Positions 36,324 through 44,771 of a DNA stretch of 64,000 nt are shown here, piece by piece. Within the stretch, counting starts at the first letter, position 1, and the number at the start of each line of letters is the position of its first letter. Both the position numbers and the translations under genes were made by a program. The stretch is from an uncultured Anaerolineae bacterium (GTDB lineage Bacteria > Chloroflexota > Anaerolineae > VGOG01). Location: positions 13,274 through 77,273 of the forward strand of contig CAZEBW010000003.1 of NCBI GenBank assembly GCA_964510205.1. The letters run 5' to 3'. The notes beneath the pieces are model-generated. The model did no database searches, was not told where the DNA came from, and worked only from the letters and a program-made list of their open reading frames with translations.

Positions 36324-38615
36324 TTGTGCTATAATCTACGCCTGTGGAGGAATGGGGGGAAGGGTTGGCAGAGCTTGGAGAGACCAGGGCGTTCGTTTTG
36401 GACTGAATGGGGGTCTTTGCTAGCGGTGATGGCCCTAGCAGCGGCCCTGCGCTTCTGGGCTCTGGGTAGCATACCGCCCGGCCTCTATCACGACGAAGCT
36501 TTCAACGGCCTGGATGCCCTGGGGGTTCTAAAAGGCGAAAGGCCGATTTTCTTTGAGGCCAACAACGGCCGCGAACCGCTGTTTATTTACCTGGTCGCCC
36601 TATCCGTGGCCTTTCTGGGCCGCAGTCCAGGGGCCATACGCATCGTGGCTGCTGTGCTGGGCACTTTGACAATTCCCGCCACCTATCTCATGGCCAAGGC
36701 CCTATTCAACCGACGCATCGGGCTGCTGTCCGCCGCCATCGCGGGCCTGACCCTGTGGCACGTCAATCTGAGCCGCATCGGCTTCCGCGCCGTGGCCATG
36801 CCGCTGTTGGTGGCCCTGGCCCTCTGGCAACTGTGGCTCGGCTTCAAGCGTGGCCACCGAGGCCATTTTCTGGCGGGGGGGATGCTCTATGGGCTAACCC
36901 TCTATACCTACCTCGCGGCGCGATTCACCATCGTGGCCCTGGCCGCCTTCGGCCTGTATCTCTTTGGAGGTTGGAGGTTAGAGGTTAGAGGTTGGAGCTT
37001 GGGGATTGGAAGTTGGAGGCGTGGCGCCTTAGTCTTTGCATTGACCGCGTTGGTGGTTTCGGCCCCGCTGATGGTGTACGTGGTCACGCACACGGATGCC
37101 TTTCTGGGCCGCGTGGGGCAGGTGTCCATATTTAATCCCACCATCAACGAGGGCGATTTCTGGGGGACGCTGCTGCGGCACGTGGGCAGGACGCTGCTGA
37201 TGTTCACCCACCGGGGCGATTTCATCCCCCGCCACAACGTGCCCTTGCGCCCTGTCTTCGATCCGGTTCTGGGTGCGTTTTTCCTGCTGGGGTTGATTCT
37301 TTGCTTGGGCCGATTTCGCCGGCGACCCAACCACGCTTTGGTCGTTATCTGGCTGGCGGTCATGCTCCTGCCCACTATCCTGGCCGAGGACGCGCCGCAT
37401 TTTCTGCGCAGCGTGGGCGTTCTGCCCGTGGCCTTTGTCGTGCCGGCCATAGGGCTGGATTTCTCGTGGCGTTTTGTAACTACTCAGGCTGTCATTGCGA
37501 GCGGAAGGGCAACCGCAGGTTGCACGCAATCTCCACCCCGCAATTGGAGATTGCTTCGGGCGCAAACCCCGCGCCCTCGCAATGACAGCATGAACGGTAG
37601 TTTCTGCCCTTTAGAATGGCGGGCCCGCCATGGGCGACTCGCAATGACACGGGCTGAGCAGTTACGGCGTTTTTTAGAAAACAAGGGCCCTGCTGCGGTC
37701 GCTGTTGGCGTGGTGGCGCTGGTTCTGATGTTTAGCCTTGGCGACACGACTGTTGACTACTTTGGCGATCACGCTGCCAGCCAGTACTTGCGATACAATT
37801 TTGAAACGGCGGCGGTGGAGCTGGCCACTCAGGCCAATCGCTTCCTGGGCGCCGGATGGGATGGCGCGGGACTTGGGACCAGAGAGCACCCCCTGTCGCC
37901 TGGGCGCCACCTCTACATCGTTGACCGCCTCTGGCGGGATTGGCCCTCGGTGCGCTTTCTGGTGCCGCCCTCGCCAAACTTGACTATCTTGACAGAAAGT
38001 GCTACACTTTCTCGGGCTTCCTCGGAGCTCGGGTTGAGTGGCCGAAGGCGTACCGAAACCGAGGTCATGCTCGTTCTCTGGCCCTACGAGGACTACAGCC
38101 AGTACCTGACGCTTTTGCCCGTAGGCTCTATCATCGCTGTCCAGGAGGGAGCCCTGGAGCGAGGGGACCTCGAAAAAGAGGCCCGGTTACTGTACATCGC
38201 CTACACGACCGCTCCCGCGACCACCCCGGCTGGACAGCCGGTGGCTCGCTTCGAAAAAGACATGACCTTGATTGATCATCGCCTGGTTGCTGTTTCGCCG
38301 CAGGAACTGCGCTTGAGCCTGCTCTGGCGAGCCGAGGCGGAGGTCGAGGCAGATTACGCCGTGTTCGTCCACCTGACGCGGGGCGGCGCGATCTTGACTC
38401 AGGATGATTCGCCTCCCGCTGGAGGCTATTATCCCACCAGCTTGTGGCGCGCGGGAGACATCATCAGCGACGAGCATACCCTGGTCTTGCCCGAACCGTA
38501 TGATGCGGCCAGGCATAAGTTAATAGTTGGCTTCTATCAATTGCAGACTTTGGACCGATTACAAGTCCTTGATGAATTGGGCAAACCCATAAATGACCAC
38601 GTGATCATTGAATGA
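36324..38615 (+). CDS. GT39/GT83-like GT-C glycosyltransferase (ArnT/PMT family) with a C-terminal extracytoplasmic domain. The ORF carries two in-frame repeat elements and may in fact be two genes.
   Basis: The N-terminal TM region with YHDEAFNG...REPLFIY typical of ArnT/PMT. The C-terminal domain is related to the repeats of the 40241 protein. The true start is uncertain. Confidence 0.65.
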   Translation: MCYNLRLWRNGGKGWQSLERPGRSFWTEWGSLLAVMALAAALRFWALGSIPPGLYHDEAFNGLDALGVLKGERPIFFEANNGREPLFIYLVALSVAFLGRSPGAIRIVAAVLGTLTIPATYLMAKALFNRRIGLLSAAIAGLTLWHVNLSRIGFRAVAMPLLVALALWQLWLGFKRGHRGHFLAGGMLYGLTLYTYLAARFTIVALAAFGLYLFGGWRLEVRGWSLGIGSWRRGALVFALTALVVSAPLMVYVVTHTDAFLGRVGQVSIFNPTINEGDFWGTLLRHVGRTLLMFTHRGDFIPRHNVPLRPVFDPVLGAFFLLGLILCLGRFRRRPNHALVVIWLAVMLLPTILAEDAPHFLRSVGVLPVAFVVPAIGLDFSWRFVTTQAVIASGRATAGCTQSPPRNWRLLRAQTPRPRNDSMNGSFCPLEWRARHGRLAMTRAEQLRRFLENKGPAAVAVGVVALVLMFSLGDTTVDYFGDHAASQYLRYNFETAAVELATQANRFLGAGWDGAGLGTREHPLSPGRHLYIVDRLWRDWPSVRFLVPPSPNLTILTESATLSRASSELGLSGRRRTETEVMLVLWPYEDYSQYLTLLPVGSIIAVQEGALERGDLEKEARLLYIAYTTAPATTPAGQPVARFEKDMTLIDHRLVAVSPQELRLSLLWRAEAEVEADYAVFVHLTRGGAILTQDDSPPAGGYYPTSLWRAGDIISDEHTLVLPEPYDAARHKLIVGFYQLQTLDRLQVLDELGKPINDHVIIE
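36966..37018. repeat. Heptanucleotide tandem repeat AGGTTRG x4, with a GGATTGGAAGTTGGAGG tail (family E, copy 1), in-frame inside the GT39 gene
   Basis: GGAGGTTGGAGGTTAGAGGTTAGAGGTTGGAG. A reverse-complement copy is at 40912-40942 in the next large gene. Confidence 0.6.
37487..37654. repeat. Family A palindromic element, copy 2 (GCTGTCATTGCGAG...CTCGCAATGACAGC), plus a solo terminal repeat CTCGCAATGACACGGGCTGAGCA at 37632-37654; in-frame within the GT39 ORF
   Basis: Same TIRs as 18769-18896. The solo end supplies an in-frame ATG (LAMTRAEQ), as in the oxidoreductase gene. Confidence 0.65.
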
Positions 38616-38675
38616 TCCCGCCTTTGCCGCCGCAAATCGCAGCAGAGGCAGAAAATTCACTTAGGAGGAAAACGA

Positions 38676-40052
38676 ATGCGATTCTGTCGCCTAGTAACAA
38701 CTCTGTTAGTCACATTATTGATTCTGACCCCCCTGGCGGCCTCGGCTGCTCCGCCCGCCCAAGGGGGAAATCTGTTGAAGAACCCTGACTTTGAAGAAGG
38801 CTTCAGCGAGCGAGGCGCTGGGGAGGTAACTGTAGCCAACGGGTGGGAGCCCTGGTGGGTCCAGGGGTCCTCAGATCAGGCCAGCAAAGGCTATCTTGTA
38901 CGACCTGAATACAAAGGAGAGGATGCTTGGATCTTCACCATGCGGCGGGTTCACTCAGGTCGCTTCTCTCAGAAGTATTTTAGCACCTATTCCACCCACA
39001 TCGCTGGCTTCTATCAACAAGTGGCCGTTCCCGCGGGTAGCAAGGTTACCTTTTCCATTTGGGCACAGGTCTGGAGCAGTTCTGAATCGAACCCAGATCG
39101 ATGTGATGGTTTTGGCAACTACGCGGTTTCGGTGGGCATTGATCCTCACGGCGGCAACGATGGCACTTCCGGCAACATCGTCTGGTCGGATTCAGTGATG
39201 GCGTGCAATGAGTGGGTTCACCTCAGCGTTTCCACCACGGCCCAGGCCGACAGAGTCACTGTTTTCACCAGGGGCGCACCAGAGTTTCGGGTGAAGTACA
39301 ACGATTCCTACTGGGATGAGGCGGTCTTGACCGCCGTAGCCCCTACACCCACACCGCGTCCACCGACGAGCACGCCCGTGCCGACCAACACGCCGGTGCC
39401 GACCAACACGCCCGTGCCGACCAACACGCCGCGTCCGACGTCCACCTATACCCCAACCCCGACCTCGACCCATACCCCGACGCCTGTGGACACCCCCACG
39501 CCGACGATCACCCCGACGCCAACCGACACCCCCACGCCAACCCATACGTCCACTCCCACCTCAACCCCAACGCCAGTCAGCGGGGCCATCTGCGTACTGG
39601 CTTATCACGACCGCAACGGCAACGAGATGCGCGATCCGGACGAGGAGCTCCTGCCTGGGGCGATGTTCACTGCCTCCGATGGCCTTCGGACGGTGGCCAG
39701 CTACATCACCGACGGCGTTAATGAACCATACTGTTTCACGGACTTGAAGCCGGGCAACTACTTCCTTCACGAGGAGAACCCACCTGACTACGTTTCTACC
39801 ACCCGCGACGATTGGGGCGTGGTCATCGCCGGTGGCTCTCTCATCCAGATCGAGTTCGGCGACAACTTGCAGCCCACGCCGGTGCCGACGTCCACGCCGG
39901 TGCCTACGTCTACGCCGGTGCCCCTGGTCACGCCCACTCCAGAGCCTCTCATGTCTAGGCTCAGCGCCAATCTGTATCAGGTGAGCGGCGTCGTGATCAT
40001 CGTCCTGGCGGCGGCCATAGCGCTGGTGTTCAATATCCTGAGGAGAAGATAG
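38676..40052 (+). CDS. Secreted, membrane-anchored protein with a PT-rich linker and an SdrD-B-like (Cna-B-type) domain
   Basis: Signal peptide, then a globular domain, then a (PT/PV)n linker, then [28 protein letters not shown]...KPGNYFLHE (SD-repeat B-like), then a C-terminal TM helix. Confidence 0.6.
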   Translation: MRFCRLVTTLLVTLLILTPLAASAAPPAQGGNLLKNPDFEEGFSERGAGEVTVANGWEPWWVQGSSDQASKGYLVRPEYKGEDAWIFTMRRVHSGRFSQKYFSTYSTHIAGFYQQVAVPAGSKVTFSIWAQVWSSSESNPDRCDGFGNYAVSVGIDPHGGNDGTSGNIVWSDSVMACNEWVHLSVSTTAQADRVTVFTRGAPEFRVKYNDSYWDEAVLTAVAPTPTPRPPTSTPVPTNTPVPTNTPVPTNTPRPTSTYTPTPTSTHTPTPVDTPTPTITPTPTDTPTPTHTSTPTSTPTPVSGAICVLAYHDRNGNEMRDPDEELLPGAMFTASDGLRTVASYITDGVNEPYCFTDLKPGNYFLHEENPPDYVSTTRDDWGVVIAGGSLIQIEFGDNLQPTPVPTSTPVPTSTPVPLVTPTPEPLMSRLSANLYQVSGVVIIVLAAAIALVFNILRRR

Positions 40053-40240
40053 ATTTAGCACGGAGATGAAGATCCACTTGGCCCAAGATGATCCGTGCCT
40101 GCCCCTTTGGCTGCTCTCTCATCCTCTTGGGCCTTTTTGTTTACCTTACGGCCCGGCGCGATGAACAGCGGCGATCTCTAGCCATGATTGTCTCTCCCCT
40201 TGCTCCCGCTGAGTCGTGAATCCAGGTTGAGCTAGATGGG

Positions 40241-43200
40241 TTGTTAGGCATGTTTTCAAACATCGCGGAGAGGAAGAAACGAGCCGCAGGATTGCTCCTG
40301 GCCTTGTCCCTGAGCCTCATGGCCTGCCTGCCCCTGTTGGTAGGCGATGCGGGTCTCATCAACACGCGCGGGGGAGGGGATAGCCCCTTCCTACTGGTCC
40401 GTGTGCATCAATTGGTTGCCAACTTGGAGGCCGGCATCTTCCCCGCCCGCTGGATGCCCGACGCTGCCTATGGATTGGGCTACCCCTTTTTCAATTTCTA
40501 CGCTTCTCTGCCGTATTACATCGCGGCTCTGTTCAAACTCTGTGGCTTTGGCTTCATCTGGGCCATCAAGCTGACTCAGCTCCTGGGTTTCCTCGCTGCG
40601 GCAGCTTCGATGTATCTGTTGGCCAAGCGCTTGTTCAATCGAGAGGCCGGCGCTATCCTGGCCGCCCTGGCTTATACCTACGCTCCCTATCACCTGGTCA
40701 ACGTCTACGTGCGGGGCGATGCCCTATCGGAGTTCTACGCCTTCGTTTTCTACCCCCTCATCTTTTGGGCGCTGCTGCGGCTGCGAGACTCGCTTTCGGC
40801 TGCCAACGTCGCTTGGGTCGCCCTTGCCTACAGCGGACTGATCTTGACCCACAATGTCTCGGCCCTCATCTTCAGCCTCTTTGTGATTCTCTATCTTCTT
40901 CTCATATCTAAGGTCCAACCTCTAACCTCTGACCTCCAACCCTTCGGCAGGGCTCAGGGCAGGCCTCCAACCTTCAAATGGCTTGCCAGCAGCGTTTTCG
41001 GCCTGGGCCTGGGCCTAGCCATCAGCGCCTGGTTCTGGCTGCCGGCCCTGCTGGAGGGGAAGTACGTGCAATTGGAGCACCAGACCACCGGCTACTTGAA
41101 CTACAGCAATCACTTCCGCGGCCTGAATCTGGTGCAGCCTTCGCTTCTGTTTGACTATGCCATCGGAGCGGGCCAGACTCCCTTTGTGATGGGACTGGCC
41201 CAGGCCGTGCTAGTGCTACTGGGCTTGGCCGCCATCGTTGCCTGGTGGATCAGGCGCCGCCGCCCCGAGGCCCACAGTGCGTTCTTCATCGCTGGTCTGG
41301 CCCTGGCTACTTTCCTCATCACCCCGCTCTCGCGCCCCCTGTGGGACAACGTGCCGCTGCTGCCCTTCGTCCAGTTTCCCTGGCGATTTCTGTCGGTGCA
41401 GGCCTTCTTTGCCAGCCTGGTCATCGGCTACTTGGGAGTCCCCAACTTGTTGGGGGCGCGGCGCAACGAGCCCGAACAAGACTTCGGCGAGCTCAGTCGA
41501 GCCGTTCGGGACTCCGCTTTGGGTTTCAGCAGACCGCGTTTGCTGGCCGGCGTCTTGGGAGCCGCGCTGCTGGTGACGTCCATGCTGAGCCTGAGGCCTG
41601 AGTACCTGCCCATCGGCGAAGCGGACGTCACCGTGGAGCGACTGATGCTCTACGAGTACTTCACCGCCAACGTCGGCACCACCATCCGCCACGAGTATCT
41701 GCCCCGCTGGGCGGCGCCTCGCCCTTACACCTCCGAGGCGCTGCTGCGCCGTGGGGAGAAACCGCCGCCGCTGGTGATGGGCGGAGAGGTCAAAGCGGTT
41801 GGGCTGGTTTGGCGCGGGCCAGCAGCCGAAGGGTGGGTCCTCGATGTGGGCTCTCCCCAGGCGTCTTTGGCCTTTCACACCTACTACTTTCCCGGCTGGC
41901 GAGCCTACGTGGACGGCCAGCCCACGGATCTGCAGCCCGTCGAAAACCTGGGCTACATCGGTCTCGATCTCGACCGTGGAGAACACGAGGTAATCTTGCG
42001 CCTGGAGCGCACGCCGCTGCGGGCTTGGGCTGAGGGGGTATCGCTGGTTGCGGCACTGGTCGTCGTTGGACTCCTAATCGCTGGGAAGCTGACGAGGCGA
42101 CGAGGCAATGAGGCGACAAGGCAACGAGGCAATGAGGCGATGAGGCAACGAGGTTCTTTCCTCATTCCCTCGTCGCTGATTAACTCATTACCTTTGGCCA
42201 TGATGGTGGCAGTCTTGTTGCTAGGCGCTGTCGGATTCCGGGTTTCGGGCCGACACTCCGCCGACCACCCGACCATCCGACCATCCGACCAAGGACCATC
42301 CGACCTGACTATGGACTTCGACCGCCTGCCTTACCTGCATCACAATCCTCAGGGAGTCAACTTTGGCGGGATGGCGCGGCTGAAAAGCTACCAGCTTTCG
42401 GCGGACGGCTTAGCTTCGCACGCTATTGTGCAAGCTGGCGGAACTGTCGAGGTGGTTCTCCACTGGGATGAGGTCAAGGGCGAGGGGCTGGAAGCTAACG
42501 TGCGCCTGACCTCGCCCGCCGAGTACCTCTTCCACGCCAGCGCTGGCCTGGCTGAGGATCGCGTCGCCATCTCCTCCCCACGGGGGGCGACGCGCCATCT
42601 TCTGGAAGTGCCCGAGGAAGCCGTTCGCGGTCTCTACCTGATCAGCGTAAGGGTGTGGGACGAGGAGGGCGAGATAAGGCCCGTCACCGAGAGGGGCGAG
42701 ACCCTGGGCGCGACCTATCTGCGTCCTCTGGGGGTTAGCAGCCAGCGATGGGCTGCGGGCGATGAGCCGACCCTGGCAAACTTCGGGCCGGGCATCGTCT
42801 TGAGCGAAGTAGCCACCGAACAGACCACGTCCGAATCATTGCAGGCCAGGCTGACCTGGCGAGTCGTTGAACCGGTGGCCGCCAACTACGGCCTGGCCCT
42901 GCGCCTGCGGGATGCAAGCGGCCAAGAGCTTGCCTCCCTGGACACCCAACCTCACTACGGGCTGTATCCCACCAGCATGTGGCGGCGGGGAGAGCTGATC
43001 AGCGACGGCTACGTCTTGCCCCTGCCTGAGGGCACCCCGCCCGGCGACGACTATGCGCTGGAAGTGATCCTCTACGAAGTGGCCTCACTAGCCCCCATCG
43101 GCACGGCCCAGATACCCGTGGCCCTCACCAAGCCCACCATCAAGGCCACCTATCCCGTGCTGCAGGAGTTCGATCCGTTGGCCCTGGTCGCATTGAGTCC

Positions 43201-43960
43201 GCTGAGGGCGCGGATAGAGCAGGGCCAACCCTTGCTCGTGCAGACCAAGTGGGCTGCTATCGAGCACCCGGACCGTGACTATGCCTGCTGCCTATCGTTG
43301 CGAGATGAAGGCGGGACAACCGTCCAATCGCAGGCCCAGCCGATAGCCAGGGGTTATGCTACCTCTCTCTGGCCGACCGACGCCATCGTGGCCAGCCGCT
43401 ATCAGATGACGCTCGATCCCTTGCTGGCGCCGGGGCGCTACAATCTGGTTATCGCCGTGTTCGATCCCGAGACGGGCGAAAGCTTTGGCGAATTCGTCGC
43501 CCCGACGGCCATCGTCGTGGAGGGAAGGGAGCGCAGCTACGTTGTGCCCTCCATGCAGACCCAATTGGACGTGAGTTTCGGCGACCGGATGCGACTGCTG
43601 GGCTATGATCTCACCCGTCAAGAGGGGGAGCTGCGGTTGGGCCTGCACTGGCAAGCGCAGCAGCAAATGGAGGGAGATTACAAAGTCTTCGTCCACCTTT
43701 TCGATCCCGCCACGGAGGAGATCGTGGCCCAGGACGACGCCATGCCTCTTCAGAATCAGTATCCCACTTCGTGGTGGGCCGAGGGCGAGGTAGTCAGCGA
43801 TGAGATCACCATCTCCTTAGAGAACCTACCCCCGGGCCGCTACCGCCTGGCCCTGGGCGTCTATGACCCCCAGACCATGGACCGCTTGGCGGCCGTAGGC
43901 CCCGACGGCGCCCCTATCGCCGACGACCGCGTCATCTTGGATGAGGAAGTGCGAAATTGA
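40241..43960 (+). CDS. Large polytopic membrane protein (GT-C/YfhO-like N-terminal domain) with four tandem ~110-aa extracytoplasmic repeat domains
   Basis: ~12 TM helices in the first ~450 aa. Repeats share W..A....DY.VFVHL...........QDD..P....YPTS.W..GE..SD, the same domain found at the C-terminus of the GT39 protein. Confidence 0.6.
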   Translation: MLGMFSNIAERKKRAAGLLLALSLSLMACLPLLVGDAGLINTRGGGDSPFLLVRVHQLVANLEAGIFPARWMPDAAYGLGYPFFNFYASLPYYIAALFKLCGFGFIWAIKLTQLLGFLAAAASMYLLAKRLFNREAGAILAALAYTYAPYHLVNVYVRGDALSEFYAFVFYPLIFWALLRLRDSLSAANVAWVALAYSGLILTHNVSALIFSLFVILYLLLISKVQPLTSDLQPFGRAQGRPPTFKWLASSVFGLGLGLAISAWFWLPALLEGKYVQLEHQTTGYLNYSNHFRGLNLVQPSLLFDYAIGAGQTPFVMGLAQAVLVLLGLAAIVAWWIRRRRPEAHSAFFIAGLALATFLITPLSRPLWDNVPLLPFVQFPWRFLSVQAFFASLVIGYLGVPNLLGARRNEPEQDFGELSRAVRDSALGFSRPRLLAGVLGAALLVTSMLSLRPEYLPIGEADVTVERLMLYEYFTANVGTTIRHEYLPRWAAPRPYTSEALLRRGEKPPPLVMGGEVKAVGLVWRGPAAEGWVLDVGSPQASLAFHTYYFPGWRAYVDGQPTDLQPVENLGYIGLDLDRGEHEVILRLERTPLRAWAEGVSLVAALVVVGLLIAGKLTRRRGNEATRQRGNEAMRQRGSFLIPSSLINSLPLAMMVAVLLLGAVGFRVSGRHSADHPTIRPSDQGPSDLTMDFDRLPYLHHNPQGVNFGGMARLKSYQLSADGLASHAIVQAGGTVEVVLHWDEVKGEGLEANVRLTSPAEYLFHASAGLAEDRVAISSPRGATRHLLEVPEEAVRGLYLISVRVWDEEGEIRPVTERGETLGATYLRPLGVSSQRWAAGDEPTLANFGPGIVLSEVATEQTTSESLQARLTWRVVEPVAANYGLALRLRDASGQELASLDTQPHYGLYPTSMWRRGELISDGYVLPLPEGTPPGDDYALEVILYEVASLAPIGTAQIPVALTKPTIKATYPVLQEFDPLALVALSPLRARIEQGQPLLVQTKWAAIEHPDRDYACCLSLRDEGGTTVQSQAQPIARGYATSLWPTDAIVASRYQMTLDPLLAPGRYNLVIAVFDPETGESFGEFVAPTAIVVEGRERSYVVPSMQTQLDVSFGDRMRLLGYDLTRQEGELRLGLHWQAQQQMEGDYKVFVHLFDPATEEIVAQDDAMPLQNQYPTSWWAEGEVVSDEITISLENLPPGRYRLALGVYDPQTMDRLAAVGPDGAPIADDRVILDEEVRN
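40912..40977. repeat. Family E heptamer repeat, copy 2 (reverse orientation: GGTCCAACCTCTAACCTCTGACCTCCAACC), in-frame in the membrane-protein gene
   Basis: The reverse complement matches 36966-37000. Confidence 0.55.
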
Positions 43961-44142
43961 GACCTTCCACCCAACCTTACCTTGGGTGCATTAAAAACAG
44001 GTTGGTAGGGGCGGGTCTTGCACCCGCCCAGGGCGACCGCAAGGGATCGCCCCTACCACCGGATTTGAACACCCCCATTCCCTTTGCAGTCCAGCAGGGT
44101 AGAACAGGTCTCTGAACCGCCCTGCTGGCAGGCATTGGACAT

Positions 44143-44219
44143 AAATAACGTTACAATATTCAAAACTGGTGCTGGTAGGCCGTATCTAAAACGGACTTTT
44201 CGCGTTATAATAGGTAGAG
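44143..44219. repeat. Conserved upstream element G, copy 1 (TAGGCCGTATCTAAAACGGACTTTTCGCGTTATAATAGGTAGAG)
   Basis: Shares TAGGCCGTATCTAAAA...TTCG(C)GTTATA(A/T)..GTAGAG with 60778-60904. Both lie upstream of giant surface-protein genes. It contains TATAAT. Confidence 0.5.
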
Positions 44220-44624
44220 ATTGTCCGCCAAGCGCCTCTGTATCGCTTGTTGGGGGGAGCAAGCGAGATGCCTCACTGCAATCCCAATCTGCACTCTGCA
44301 AGTAGCGTCCGCAACCGCAGCTGCGCCGCGGGCATTTTCGCCTGCCTGTTTGAGGCCGATGCGTGAAGGGTGAGAGACTCACTCCGTGCGTGGGCCTTTC
44401 ATTCCTGGCCCCCGAAACCGGGTAACTGATCGCCACCAGAGATTCGTATCCGCAACTTCACCAGCATTGCAGAAACAAACTGAATAGTCCCGATCAGATT
44501 ATCTCGAAAAGGCAATCCCGTCGTGAGATGGGAGGCGCAAAGCCGAGAGTCTGCTAGTGGTCATGGATGTCCCTGGATGTGATCTCAGGCGTCACATCCT
44601 AGGCGTGTCCAGCTTGCAGGGAGT

Positions 44625-44668
44625 CAGGCTGCCTAAGGATGATTCTTTGGCAGCCTGCTTTTTTTTCT
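44625..44668 (+). terminator. Rho-independent terminator (CAGGCTGCC-loop-GGCAGCCTG, then TTTTTTTT) ~100 nt upstream of the beta-helix protein gene
   Basis: A 9-bp GC-rich stem followed by an 8-T run. It closes an ~660-nt non-coding stretch (43961-44668). Confidence 0.6.
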
Positions 44669-44771
44669 GCAACCATCGCGCAGCGCACCAACTCTAGAAC
44701 GCGGTATGCTCGAACGGCTTTGGCTGCATTCCCCCGGTGTGCCGTTCCGAGCGTGAAAGAGAGAAAGAGAA

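Noticed and set aside
44037-44063. A GGATTTGAACACC / GGTGTTCAAATCC string resembling a tRNA T-arm
   Set aside because: No acceptor, D or anticodon stems could be built around it on either strand. It is more likely part of the local GC-rich hairpin cluster.
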